Part shown: one piece after another, positions 1 through 13,059 of the stretch
Numbering within the stretch: the first letter of the stretch is position 1
How the letters are laid out: each line of letters starts with the position of its first letter
Assembly (NCBI GenBank): GCA_964016885.1
Contig: OZ024743.1
Location: 9,610,001 to 9,674,000, forward strand
DNA from: Eledone cirrhosa
Lineage: Eukaryota
DNA length: 64,000 nucleotides
Direction of reading: 5' to 3'
Translations under genes and position numbers: made by a program
Notes under the pieces: generated by a model
Database searches by the model: none
The model's input: only the letters and a program-made list of their open reading frames with translations
What the model was told of the DNA's origin: nothing

Positions 1-993
1 TGTGACCAGAGACTCGTGAAGATCAGGGTGACCCACGTTCCACCGGCCATCGAAATTCCCTGGCTAATGGCTGCCGTCCTCGCCGGGATCGAGGCCAACA
101 CCAAGATAATCGAAATAGCGAAAGAAAATCAGGAGAACTAGTCCGGAGCTGGGATGGAGCTCCTGATCCAAGCGGACCATAAAAGCATTGAGTAGATCCC
201 AGAGGTAATAGACCTCACCGACGGCAGCCACCTCACCGTAATCGTCGAGGGCAGAAGGCCTAGGTGTGTCGTTTGTGGTGAAGGAACCCACCTAAGGGCT
301 TTCTGCCATCAGGCTAAAAGGTTGAGGCCACCTCTCTTACCCACCCCAGTGACTCAACCATCAACACCACCAGCAGCAGAGATGGCAGCAACAACTGTAG
401 CAGCAATAACAGAAGCAACTGTAACAGCAACAACCGCAGAAACAGTAGCAAAACCAACACCACCACCACCCAACGCGCCAGAACTAGCACCAGCGCCTAC
501 ACCATCCACCACGCCACAACCAAAACCAACGCCTGTGGAGGATTTTCCACTCCCCGGCTTATCGCAACTGAAGACAGATTGTGACGACGAGGAGTGGGAA
601 ACGGTATCAGGAAAAAAGAAAAAAAGAAACCAAAAAAGAAAAAAATTCTCTTCCTTCTCCCTCCAAAAACAAAATACAGAGGGAAACAAATAAACTATCA
701 AAAGTAGAAACAATTAAATTTGAACAACAACCAATTATTACACTACATCCAACACAATACCGGCATCACAGAAAAAGACTACACAACAACCCAAAAGTTC
801 ACACCACCTCCACACATACAAATCACTCGCATCACACAGAAAAAGTACACGACACTAAAACAAAAATTCCCCAAAGACATCGGAGACTTCCGACAAACAC
901 TCTCCAGGAGGATTTATAAGGACATCCTTCCGGAGGAGGCCACAAGCAGTGAAAAGGATGGACAAACCCTCCTTCCTCTACGAGAAGTAAGGT
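1..993 (+). pseudogene. Tx1 ORF1 (gag-like, zinc knuckle plus Pro/Thr-rich linker), 3' part, disrupted
   Basis: Frame-1 translation is homologous to ORF1 of the next element (RIPPGLDMWWL vs HVPPAIEIPWL; same CxxCxxxxHxxxxC), with in-frame stops. Confidence 0.8.
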
Positions 994-1020
994 AGGTGGT
1001 CTTTTCCACTCCATTTCAAC

Positions 1021-4000
1021 ATGACCACACTCAGAATAGGCAGCATAAATGCGCGTGGCTTGGGGTCGTCATGGAAGCAGGGTCACCTGCTCAACGACCT
1101 CAGGTCACTAAACATAGATGTAGTGGCCATCAGCGAGACCAGAATCTCCGAAGCACGGGCCTTCGCACCGATCTCCAGCGGCTACGATGTGTACGCATCT
1201 CCCAGCCGTCTGGGATCGGGGGAGGAGTTGCTGTACTTTTTCGGAGAGGTTTGGATCTTGCCATACGGGCCATCTTCCTGGACCCAGAAGGTAAGTTGGT
1301 GGTGCTAGACGTGACCAGCGGAGACAGGCAGGCTTTCAGGCTAGTGGCCGTCTATGCCCCGACAGGAGCAGGGCGGCCTGATTTCTTCCGGCGTCTGGAG
1401 ACCTTTCTTGGAACATCCCGCTCTTTAGTGTTAGTGGGTGACTGGAATGGGATCTTAGATGCACGCTGGGGGTGTGGGGGATTAGCTGATAGGGGAGGAG
1501 GGTGCAAGAGCCTCACCAACCTGCTCAGGCGTTTTGAACTGTCTGACAGGTACCGATTGGATTTCCCGAATGTGCCAATGTGGACTTAGACAAACCGCAT
1601 CGGGTCATCCAGATCATATATAGATAGAGTATTTTGTAGGGAAATAGATAGGTGTAGCATAAGCTGTCCACAATTCAAGATAGTCAGCTACACGGACCAC
1701 ACATTCCTGATCTGTGTGTTTGACTTAGATAGGCTTCATAGACAAGGACCCGGCTACTGGAAGCTAAACGCGTCCTTACCTGCGCGCAATGTCTACAGAG
1801 ACCGGATTAGCAAACTAGTTAAGCGGGCGTTGACGGGGGCCATCGTCAACAACAAGTGGTAGTTTGCTCCGAAAATAGCGATTAGAATAGAGTCCATTAG
1901 GTTTAGTAAGGATTTAGCTATAGAGAAAAATAGAGCAGAGGGATAACTAGTTAGAAAATTAGACGAGGCGCTTAGCAAAGGCATCGCGACCGACGTACTT
2001 ACAGCAAAATTGTCCCTTGACCAATTCTTCAATGCAAAGCACGAAGGCTGCGTTGTCAGAGCTAGGGTGCGTGCTCTCAGACACGAGGTGACGAAAGCCG
2101 TTCAATGGGTCCGAGTGGCGGAGGCGCGTCGTTGCAACAAAGCCTCGATCCGGTCTTTGGTGGACCACAACGGGCGCATTCTACTCGATCCCGAGCAAAT
2201 GTGTGAAGCTTTTCAGCGACATTTCGCTCAGCTGTTCCGGGGCAGCGGCGGGTCGGATCGAGGGATGGACTTTAGTGTCTACCTCGACGGACTGACGCGG
2301 CTCTCGGCCAGTGAGGTGGAGTGTTGCGAAAAGCCGATAACAGCCGCTGAAGTAAGGGAGGCAATGACTGGCTGCACAAGGGGTAAATCGCCTGGTTTGG
2401 ATGGTCTGCCCTATGAACTTTACGTACGGATGCCAGACTTTTTCGGAGGCCTCTTGGCGGACGTCTACTGCAACTGGCAACAGAACGGGAGAATTCCCAG
2501 CTCTGTGAGCCGAGGAGCGGTGGCGCTGCTGAAAAAGGATCCGAACAAGGGGGATAACATAGATAATTTCAGGCTCATAACTCTGCTAAACACAAGATTT
2601 TGGCCAAGGTGCTAGCAGAGAGGTTGGCGCTTGTCGTTGGTGGTCTGGTGGGAGAGGCGCAGACATGCGCCATTCCCGACAGATCCATCCACGACAACCT
2701 CCACCTCATGCGATACATCGTTGAGAGGGTAGCTAGGGAACCTGGCACGGGTGTGTCCTTGATCAATTTAGATCAGTCGAAAGCTTTCGATAAGGTCGAC
2801 CATCGTTATCTAGCGGCAGTCCTGAGGGCGGCTGGCTTTGGGCCCGTCTTCAGAGGCTGGATCGCTGCCATGCACAGCGACATCTGCTCTGTGGTGAGAG
2901 TGAACGGTCACCTTTCGGAACCGTTCAACATCATGCGCTCGGTCCGCCAAGGATGTCCCCTCTCATCCCTCTGGTACGTATTGAGTCACGAGCCATTACT
3001 GCACAAACTGGAGACGTTGAGGAGGGTCCCGCGCGAACTAGGATGCGGAAGATCCGTGTCAGCATATGCGGACGATGTCACCGTAGTGTTGTCGAACGCC
3101 AAACACATCGAGGCGATCGGCACTACACTAAGAGAATACGAAGCGGTGACAGGACCAATGATCAACCAGGAAAAGTCAGTGGGCCTGCAGCTCGGCACCT
3201 GGAGAGGCAGGTCCATGCCGTCCAATAAACGTCGTCGGGCGTGGACGCACGGACAGGTTAAATTGCTAGGGGTTTGGTTCGGTTCGGATCTCCAGACGGA
3301 CAAAAACTGGGACGAGGTGACGAGTAGGGTGGCTTCTCTCACCCAGAAATGGGCGGAGAGGAAGCTATCCCTTAAAGGTCGAGTGGGGGTGGCTAACGCG
3401 TACATCGCGTCCGTCATCTACTACCGCCTGACCGTCGTACCTTGTCCTAAGCCTCGGCTGACTGCGCTGGAGCATTTGCTCTTTCGCTTTTTGTGGAAGG
3501 GACGCGCTCTGATGGTCATGCGGTCCATCTGCTGTCAACACCCGCTACGTGGAGGGCTGGGCGGCCGTGGCTGATGATGCGCAGACACGCGCTCAGGCTA
3601 CGATATCTCCACCTCTTCCTCGACGGTGATCAGGTGTGGTCGCCGTTTGCTAGACGCGTCTTTCCACAGCTCGTCTCCTTGACGGAGCTGCAGTCCTGGG
3701 TCAAGCGAAGACCAAGAAGGAGCGCTTGGAGACTGGAATGTCTTCAGGCGCTCACAGCCCTTGACCAATCGGGCAATGTGATCGGTGGAATCTCCACCTT
3801 GGCGTTCTATAGAGGATTAGTGGAGGGGAAGAGCGACGACGTACTTGGGGAAACTCTAGGCGTCGACGAAAATACACTAGCCAATCTCTTCGGAAGAACT
3901 TTCAGGCCGGTGCCTATGGACAACTTCCAGAAATCTCTGGCCTGGCATATGCTACCGAGGAGCTTTGCCAGTTCGGGATAAACTCTACAGGCATGGAGGT

Positions 4001-4432
4001 GCCGTCAGCCGTGCATGTCCGAGATGCGCCCAGGGCGACGAAACCGCCCTGCACGCACTCGTCCAGTGTCCGAGCATTGCTGACTTGTGGGTTTATATCG
4101 AACACCTGCTGTTGCTTGTAGGATGGATCCAGTTATCAACTGAGTCCATCGTGAGGATTGCACCGCCCTCTTTCTTTAGCCGGGAAGGGCAGGCAATTTT
4201 TATATGTCTGGTGGCCATAGCGAAAGAGATAGTAGGGTGGACACGTTTGAAAGGGCTGAAGACGAGCACTTACCTATTCGGTGATGCCCTGATTAACTTT
4301 TTCAAATTTCGTTTGAAAAGGAAAATCAGGGTAGAGAGGGAAGTGCTCTCTTCCCAGCATGTTGTTGAAAGATGCGTGAGAGAGGCAAGAATGGCCCGAG
4401 TGAATGGGCCTACTCTGAATATGTGTCTGTAA
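1021..4432 (+). pseudogene. Tx1 ORF2 (AP endonuclease-reverse transcriptase), frameshifted
   Basis: SINARGL, AISET, VYAP, GDWN (APE); KSPGLDGLP, LDQSKAFD, VRQGCPLS, AYADD (RT); CPRC...ETALHALVQC. Split over several frames. Confidence 0.93.
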
Positions 4433-4706
4433 ATTAAAGGTGGAAAACTGGGAGTGGGCACTTGCCCTGGTGGTCAGGGTCAATGTGGCTTTTTAATGGG
4501 CTTTCTCCACGAATGTCCCTTGGAAGACTCCCCCCTATTGTGGAATTTTTCATTGTTATTTCTTTGTTACATCCTCTGTTTTGTTTTTTACACGCAGAAA
4601 TGCCCATTTGTACCGTCCTGTATTGTCCTGTACTGTCCTTAATGTCTACTTTATGTAAAGCCTTGTGGTTAAGAAAGAAAGCTTTATTATTATTATTATT
4701 ATTATT

Positions 4707-7246
4707 GGTCTAAGCGGCCGTATTTTGCTCGCTCCCAGTAAGTCGCTTTATTTGCCTGTTAAAATTATTTGTTGTTAAATATTTCTTGTTGTGTAAGGGA
4801 TATAAGCCCTTAGATTTTGCCCCGTCAAGGGAAAAGCATAATATTTGGACTTTTTTTACATGTTAAAAAATTTACGAAGAAAAAAAAAACATGGGTGAGC
4901 CACGCCCCCCAGCGGTATGACAGCTATCGTGCGATAACGACGTAGAAGTTGAGAGGAGCGCTACAGCGAAATTAACACACATTGATAACACAAACACCAC
5001 CACAAACAATGTAAACAAAGACACCAATGATACCAATGATAACTCTAATTTTAAAAATATGACAGTAACAGCGACAACGAAAATACAAATAACAAAAAAA
5101 AAAAATGACAAATGCAACAATATCAACACCACTAACATGAAAACAAATAGCGACAACACCAAGATACAACAATACCAACTGCACCGAGAACAACGGTGGC
5201 AACAAAGACAACAATGATAACAGCAACAGTGCTAACAACAACACCAACAAGAACAACGACAACGACAACAACACCCCCAACGAAAACAAGAACTCTTTCG
5301 CTGCAGCAGCAAAAAAAGAGGCTATGCTTCAACATGGACTTCTCAAACAAAGATTAAAAGTTGGCCCAGGCATGGAAGCTCATCAAGCAAGAGCAAACCT
5401 GGGCCAACTTAACTGTCCCGGTAGAAGCTATTGAGGCAGTGGGGCGCAGAACGGTGCATTATAGATGCATCTCAGCACAAACCAAAAGGGGAGCTTTAAT
5501 ACCACAAGCAGATGTCGAAGTCGCGCTTAGGTGCATCAGAGAAGATACCGAATACATAGAGAGGGGCAGACAGTACGGCACCATTTCGGTGTTGTTCAAG
5601 TCAGAAGCCCTCGCTATGAAACACGCTATGACTCCTTGCAAAACCAGCAAGGTCATAATGTACCCCTCCCACATGGGAAAAAGAACGGCCCGTCTCCGCA
5701 TTCCCAGAATCCCACCAGGACTTGACATGTGGTGGCTTCTGGGATGTGTGATTGTGGAGGGGACGGATACCGTCCCTATAGAAGTGACCAGAACGGCCAG
5801 AGAGGACTGGTCCGGGGTTGGCCTGGAGATCCTTCTCTAGATCAGGCCCGAGAATGTGAAGACAATCCCGGACGACATCCGCCTTCAGAATGGGACGGTT
5901 ATTCACATTATGACCGAAGGCAAAAGGCCGCAGTGTTTTGTTTGTGGGGAAAAAACCCATTTGCGAGCCTTCTGCCTCAACTGATGAAAGAGGCAAGGGG
6001 TCGAAAGGCTCCACTGCTGCCGACGCCGGGGCGAGGACCACAACCAACACCATCACCGGCAAAACCACCAACAACAACGCCAATAGAAAGACCACCACCA
6101 ACATTGACCACCCAGAGGGGAAACGAGGAAAGCTGTCAAATTCCCCCCCCAAAAAAATACACACACCAATAAAACCATAAACATACATACAGACACACAT
6201 ACAGACACAGACCCGTCATATACCAGTAGTGAAGATGAGGGAAAACCCAAATCCCCCAAAATACAAAAAAAGGAAACACAAAAAGAAAAAATAACTCAAC
6301 AAAGCACAAAATCACCCACAATAAAAAAACGCAGACACCACCCACGCAAATATCTCTCCAATAACACCAACATCAACACCACCATAACCATCACCAGATT
6401 CCCCCAAACGCAAACAACCTAAACAAACGCAAGAACAAATATACACACAAACATCTGAAACCACAGACACCGCACTCACAACAAACACAGACACAACCGA
6501 AACAACACCACCAAAACCATCACCACCACAGCCACGCAAACAAATAAAATTACACCAACAAAACATACAAAACTTGGTGCTCGTCAGGAGGGCCAACAAG
6601 GAACTGATGGCCCTCGTAGCACGAAGTGAAAATATACAAAAAGAGGGGGAAATTTTTAAATCGAGCACATTTCGCGTGCCGGAGGATTTGGTTCTGGTAC
6701 GAATGTCGATCGATATATTCAAAGAAATACGAGACAGCTTTCTTCGGGACGTGGGAACCCCGAACGTAAAACCCATTTCAAGACTTTTAAAGGGGTTCCC
6801 AAAAGAAACCCCACCAACTATGGAGGTCGAACAACCCGACCTTCACAAGAGCCCGGAAGGTAAGTAAATCTTCCTCTCTCTCTTTTTTAACCTGCCAACA
6901 TGGCCGTATTAAGAGTAGGATGTTTAAATGTTCGAGGCCTGGGATCGTCCTGGAAGCAGGGTCACCTGCTCAACCACCTCAGGTCTATAGAAATGGATGT
7001 AATTGCCGTCAGCGAGACCAGGATTTCCGACACGCGCGCACTAGCCCCCATTTTCGACGACTATCAGATCTTTGCATCTGTTAGGCGGCCGGGAATGGGA
7101 GGCGGGGTGACAGTGCTGTTTAGGAAAGGCCTGGATCTCGAGGTAAGGTCGATCTTCCGGGACCCGGACGGGAAGTTGGTGGTCCTGGACGTGAACAATA
7201 ACGAAGGTGGTGCCTTTAGACTGGTGGCCGTCTATGCTCCTACTGG
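4707..7246 (+). mobile_element. Tx1/L1-clade LINE copy B: 5' UTR, decayed ORF1 (~4891-6867) and start of ORF2 (6900-~7246), 3'-truncated
   Basis: ORF1 knuckle EGKRPQCFVCGEKTHLRAFC at ~5916-5975. ORF2 start MAVLRVGCLNVRGL...AVYAPTG is homologous to copy A. It begins directly after the copy A tail. Confidence 0.9.
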
Positions 7247-8493
7247 TGAACTGTTGGTTGCGTTCACGGAGTTGCCAGGTCTTGTTGGCGAGCGTGGTCA
7301 CAAAACGGTGATTAGGATGTTTGATTGAGAATCGATGACGGTACCAGCGAGATTTAAACGAGGTGGTGGTAGATCCGATATAATACCATTTCTGGTCGTT
7401 CGATTCAATCGGTATTATATCGGATCTACCACCACCTCGTTTAAATCTCGCTGGTACCGTCATCGATTCTCAATCAAACATCCTAATCACCGTTTTGTGA
7501 CCACGCTCGCCAACAAGGATATACTTTCCAGCGCAAGTGCATATCGGAGTGGATTGAATACTGCAGGTTATGTAACCTTGAACTCTTTTACATATTAAAA
7601 TCCAAAAACAAACTACTTAACGATAGAATTGAACGATCATTATACTGCAACCACAAACTAAAAGCTAAATTCTCTCACTATAAAATAACTTAACATTCGA
7701 ACCCGTAACTATAACATCGCTTTCTAGCTAACCACCCTCTCTTCCCCCCACACTACAAGACAATACACTGCTTATCACTATAAATGGTAACTCAGTGCAA
7801 TTCACAGATTACTACTACAAACCCAAAGTTCACTCACCACATAAACTTCGTCTGTCCCCTCTCTAACTCTCTCTCTACATCCATTACACTCTCTCTCTCT
7901 CGCCTTTGGCCTACCTCCCTCTCCACATCTATGAACCTGCCCTCTGGGGCAATAAATAATTCCGACCTTAACTATCAACGCATCTCTCCAAAAGTAACCA
8001 GTATAATAAAACCCCTACCACAACATTTTGATTAAGATATCTACAAACCACTCTCTCCTACTTTTCCAACCCCTGCATATCTTTCTCTCTCTCTCCCTCT
8101 CCCCTACTTTTTTTCTCTCTCTTCCTTTCCTACTCTATCTTCCCCAACAACCCCACTTAAGGGTATTTACATTGTACATTTTACCATTCTGCTCTGAGGA
8201 TACAGTGGTCACAGCATTGGATATTTAAGTTCTGCAAATTCTTGTAAATTTGCACATAGCATAACTAGGCTGTAGTACCACCGTGGAAACATTTGTAAGC
8301 ACACGCAATAAATTACCTTTTTATGATGTCTACCTGTTATTATTCATTCTTTATATACACTCCGGAATACAGAAGGATCAGGAACTAAGTTTCTTCAACA
8401 ATTCTTCCATAACTCGTAGAGTAACCTCTCACCGTACGTCAACCATATCCAGTGTAGTAATTAACCATTACTACATCTTGGGTAATCCTATAC

Positions 8494-8497
<4 letters not shown>
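7243..8497 (+). mobile_element. Truncated Penelope-like element: inverted GIY-YIG fragment pair plus 3' UTR/pLTR, ending at (TA)n
   Basis: YYIGSTTTSFKSRWYRHRFS...TTLANK is read on both strands (inverted repeat ~7280-7385 / ~7412-7517). Hammerhead at 8190. Confidence 0.8.
8190..8301 (+). ncRNA. Type I hammerhead ribozyme with long stem II
   Basis: tgct-CTGAGGA-[tacagtggtcacagc...gctgtagtaccaccgtg]-GAAAC-attt-GTA-agca; stem I tgct/agca. Confidence 0.75.
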
Positions 8498-8587
<90 letters not shown>

Positions 8588-8818
8588 ATTGATTGTTTCT
8601 TCTATATTGTTTGAAGTATTTAAGTTTTGGTTAGAATACATCTTTGTTTTCTGTTTTTTCGTGAATTTGAAAATGAAGCTATATTTTAATCGCATCCACT
8701 TCACAATGTATGAATAAAATTCATACAACTATTTATCTCATTAATTTTTATATTATTTATTTGCCAACATACATTCATATTTTAATTTTATTGTAACATT
8801 ATTTATTTAACCAAATAA

Positions 8819-9033
8819 GGGCGGTGGATTGGCAGTATCGGTAGAGGGTCGGGCGCCATGCTTTGCAGTATAGATTGCCCTTTATGATTTGAGTTCAAAT
8901 CCCGCCGAGGTTAACTTTGCCTTTCATCCCTACGGGGTCGATAAAATAAAGTACCAGTCACGCACTGAGCTCGATTTAATCGACTTTCCTCTTCCCCAAA
9001 ATTGCTGGCCTTGTGCCTATATAAGAAACCATT
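8819..9033 (+). mobile_element. tRNA-derived SINE (octopus-type), long variant, ~20-bp TSD
   Basis: A-box-like tggcagtatcgg, B-box gagttcaaatccc, body ctttgcctttcatccc...gtcgataaaataaagtaccag. TSD attatttatttaaccaaata at 8798-8817 / 9031-9050. Confidence 0.88.
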
Positions 9034-11849
9034 ATTTATTTAACCAAATATCAAAGAACTAAAATAAAAAAACCCATCATGTGTCAATTTCGAGGTGCAG
9101 TGTCTGATCCTAGCGTAAACCAATTCCCTTTACTTACATTATTAATATCTGTGTAATTGATGTGGTCAATATACACTATATTTCTATATACTTTACATTA
9201 CTCTATATTCTGAGTCTAAATCAGAAATCAGTAACAAATCAGAAAATAGATAACAAATAAGCATAGATACATTATATTAATCAACATATTTATCTATTAC
9301 CATTCTTATTAAATGAAAATATGGTCTTACTACTGTGTATAAAATAATAACAAAACATATTTCATAACATCCTTTCCGTTTTATACATAATTTGCTTCTA
9401 TTTCTACTACTTATAACACTGATGCCTCTGTTACTGCTGCCTCTTCTAACAATATCATCGTTCTTCTGCCGCATTACTACACGAATTTGAAAAAAAGTGA
9501 GCTACCACCCAACAAGGCGTCCACTATAAATAGAAAAGCAAATAACACGGATTCATGTGGTGAAAATTATTGATTTGTTTTCTTATAAAAGAAGCCATAA
9601 TTATTTGTTTGAAACCTAATTCAATAAATTCTTTTTAAATGAATATGAATCACAATTATAACAAAGGTAAGGTCATTTAATGAGTATTCATTTTTTATTA
9701 TTATTTAAGGTTAGGTGAAAACTTTCAATTGTTGTCCATGTTTAAGTCCTTATTAAATTATTGAAATGTGTCACACTGAAGATAGCTTTTTGTCATTAGT
9801 AAAATTAGTATTACTTTATGAACCAAATCTCCTAAAAAAATAAAAAATAAAAGATGAATCCAGTAATGGAATACATCAGCTTATAGTAAATATGACAAAT
9901 GGTGTAAGCTTATGAAAGGATTAATTTTAAGCATATATTTGGAATACTTTATATAAGGTAGAGTCATGTAGATCTCACAGAATTCTGTTAAGTATCACAG
10001 CAATATATTTGATTTCTTCTTTATATTAATGGTTAATGAATCTATTTAATTATTTATCATTATAAAGAAGACATGTGTAGAAAGGAGAATGTCAAACAGA
10101 AAGTTTTCAGAAATAACAATGGAGAATAAATATGTCTATATGATAAGAGAGTAAGCAAGTACATACACGTACACCAGGTCCGAACTCGTTGCATAATAAA
10201 CAGAAGATAGAAAGAGATACAAATATAAAATAAAATAATTCGAAAAGAAACTTATGAATAATATATTAAAAACCGTTTATATTTTATTGTAATAGTGAGA
10301 TATTGAAGTCCATTGTACTGACTACTGTATAAATGATACTAATTTCATCCTTCAAACATATCTGAGAGCAATGTTATATGAGGCTATGAAAACCGTGTAC
10401 GTTGCTTCAATCGAACATTATGAAATAACTACATATAAGTAGCATGTAATCGATAACACAGAGCTGATGCGAACCACTTCAAAAATGTTCAATCTTCCGT
10501 TTCAAATTAATTGAAACGAGAGTACCTGGTCACTCATTTTGCTGGAGTGATTAGTCAGTACTGAAACCTCACTCTCCCCAACTTATAGTATACACAAGAT
10601 CTCAGTAGATAATGCATCCTGGAGTGTAGAATAGGCGAGGAAAAGATGAGTTGGTCATGGTTGTTTATGTACCTGATTATAGGTTCACTCGATTATTACT
10701 GTAATACGACGACGACGACATTGATAAAATATAATAGAAAATGGTATTCAAATTGCATTTAACCGAATAAGCTGATGATTTAATCAATATGAGCAAAAAT
10801 AAAAAAGCAAAAAATAAATAAAAATAACAACAAATAACATTATCTCGAAAAATCAAATATGATTGACATCCAAAATACAAGTGACATTAAGCTGTTCGTA
10901 GAGTTGATATAAGACCAAACATTATAATGACAATTATATTTCATGTCAGAATATGTTTGAATAATTTAATATAAATTCATGTTAAATAATTTGGTATTAA
11001 ATCAAATTAAATATGGAATATACAATACACAATAATATATATGACATTAAGTAAATATCTTTATATCAGAATCTAAACCATTTCATAAATGCAGTTCACG
11101 ATAAGTAGTGACAATTCTTCGCTGAAGAGGTATAACGGATGACCATAATTCTCACCACACTGAAAAGATGACAGTAATTTCACACTTTATTGTTCACATT
11201 CACTTTTTACTTACATTTAATTAATTCTAATAGAATATTTAGCTAATGACTTCTTTGTTGCTCACTATTGGTGTGATGTTAAAAAATAATCAGTTCTTGA
11301 CTCATTACAACAAATATCTTATCATTTAGATAGATTTCACGAAGAACTCTGCTTTTCTTCTAGTTGCATCAACGATAGGAATACTGCTTTTTAATATTGC
11401 TAACATTATAATTATTTCTTATATTTCAACGATAGAAATAACAACAGTTTTACGAAATAATAATTGTGATAGAATTGAATATCTTTCGGATGAATCTACA
11501 CCAAATAGATAAAAAAGATACCGCAAGAATAAAATCCCAAAATATAGATGATAAATAGAACAACCCTCTATGACATTTATTACGTCGGTCTACTTGTTCC
11601 TTTAGCTTTCCGACACAATGCCTGCTTTGTATCTGCCTATTTATATACATATATATACATATATGTATATATAAAAAAAGAAAGTTCTTTCGCTCTACAT
11701 GGCTGAATACAATAAATGTGATCTGAGTTTTGCGAATATTAATAATAACATTCGATTCGTTTACAATTATGCAAACAAGCCTCATTTGTATAGCCATGTC
11801 AGTAGAATGAACTCTTCATTCTTCTTCTTGTGTTGGCATGTAAACAGAA

Positions 11850-11893
11850 CTGCAGACACTAATGTTTCTAGGTATCACTCTTCATCAGTACAG
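11850..11893 (-). ncRNA. Minimal type I hammerhead ribozyme
   Basis: Minus strand ctgta-CTGATGA-agagtgataccta-GAAAC-attagt-GTC-tgcag; stem I ctgta/tgcag, near-palindromic stem III, weak stem II. Confidence 0.72.
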
Positions 11894-12310
11894 CTCACTG
11901 TTCACCTGCCAACTGTCAGAGCTAGTGAAAATATATGCTATTTTCTAAAATATACAGTGACTGATCGGCCTGATTTGCATATTAGCAGACTGGCTGATCA
12001 GTAAGATCTAAATATTAGTATATCCACTGATCAGCCAGATTTGAATATCAGCAAGCAGACTGGCCAGTCAGTGGATCTACTAATATGCAGATCTGACTGA
12101 TCAGCCAGTCTGCTAATATGCAAATCAGGACGATCAGTCATTTTATATTTTAGAAAATAGCATATATTTTCACTAGCTCTGACAGTTGGCAGTTCTGTTT
12201 ACATGCCAACACAAGAGCAAGAATGAAGAGTTCATTCTACTGACATGGCTATAAAAATGAGGCTTGTTTGCATAATTGCAAACGAATCGAATGTTATTAT
12301 TAATATTCGA

Positions 12311-12500
12311 GGGCGGTGGATTGGCAGTATCGGTAGAGGGTCGGACGCCATGCTTTGCAGCAAAGAGTTACGGCCCTTTATGGTCTGAGTTCAAATCCCG
12401 CCGAGGTTAACTTTGCCTTTCATCCTTACGGGGTCGATAAAATAAAGTACCAGTAATGCACTGGGTAATTGCTGGCCTTGTGCCAAAAGTAGAAACAATT
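12311..12500 (+). mobile_element. tRNA-derived SINE (short variant), 15-bp TSD
   Basis: Same family as 8819. TSD attattaatattcga at 12296-12310 / 12498-12512. Confidence 0.9.
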
Positions 12501-12526
12501 ATTAATATTCGAAAAACTCAGATTAC

Positions 12527-12601
<75 letters not shown>

Positions 12602-13059
12602 ATGTTGAAAGGGTAACACACTAGAGAGAGATCGTGTGCCATCAATAAAACAGGGAAAACCACCAGTGTATGGAATCTATAACCTATGTAAGGCAGAGTA
12701 GACACACTAATTAAAAATATAAATTAAAATGCATATACGCACCTCTTTAGGTATATAAAACACGCGTACAAATCCAAATAGATCTGCTTCGCCAGGAAGT
12801 TGATAGAAATGGAATCGTCTATGTGTCATCAGCGCGTGTAAGAATAGATTCCAGCCAACTCTAAGAAAATCTAAGACAACCGTCCAGCAACACGCGGCCG
12901 AGAGATGTGACAACGTGCGTAGGACAGTGAATCAATGGTATCTGAGGGACGAGCTGCTAGAAAGGGCAGCCCCAAAACCACTCAAAGAAATGTGCTGAAC
13001 CAAACAGAGAGCGAGAGGAAAGACTGTTATAAGGAGCGAAATATCACGATAAATTAACG

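Larger units (their letters stand above)
1..4706 (+). mobile_element. Tx1/L1-clade non-LTR retrotransposon copy A, 5' end outside the window, decayed, (TTA)n tail
   Basis: ORF1 tail with CCHC knuckle (GRRPRCVVCGEGTHLRAFC, frame 1, ~250-306). ORF2 has APE, RT and C-terminal zinc motifs. 3' UTR ends in ttattattattatt at ~4684-4706. Confidence 0.92.
11710..12530. repeat. Fold-back unit of pLTR type with hammerhead; right arm interrupted by a SINE
   Basis: Left arm ~11710-12030 is the reverse complement of ~12075-12310 plus 12513-12530. Adjacent (TA)n. Confidence 0.85.
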
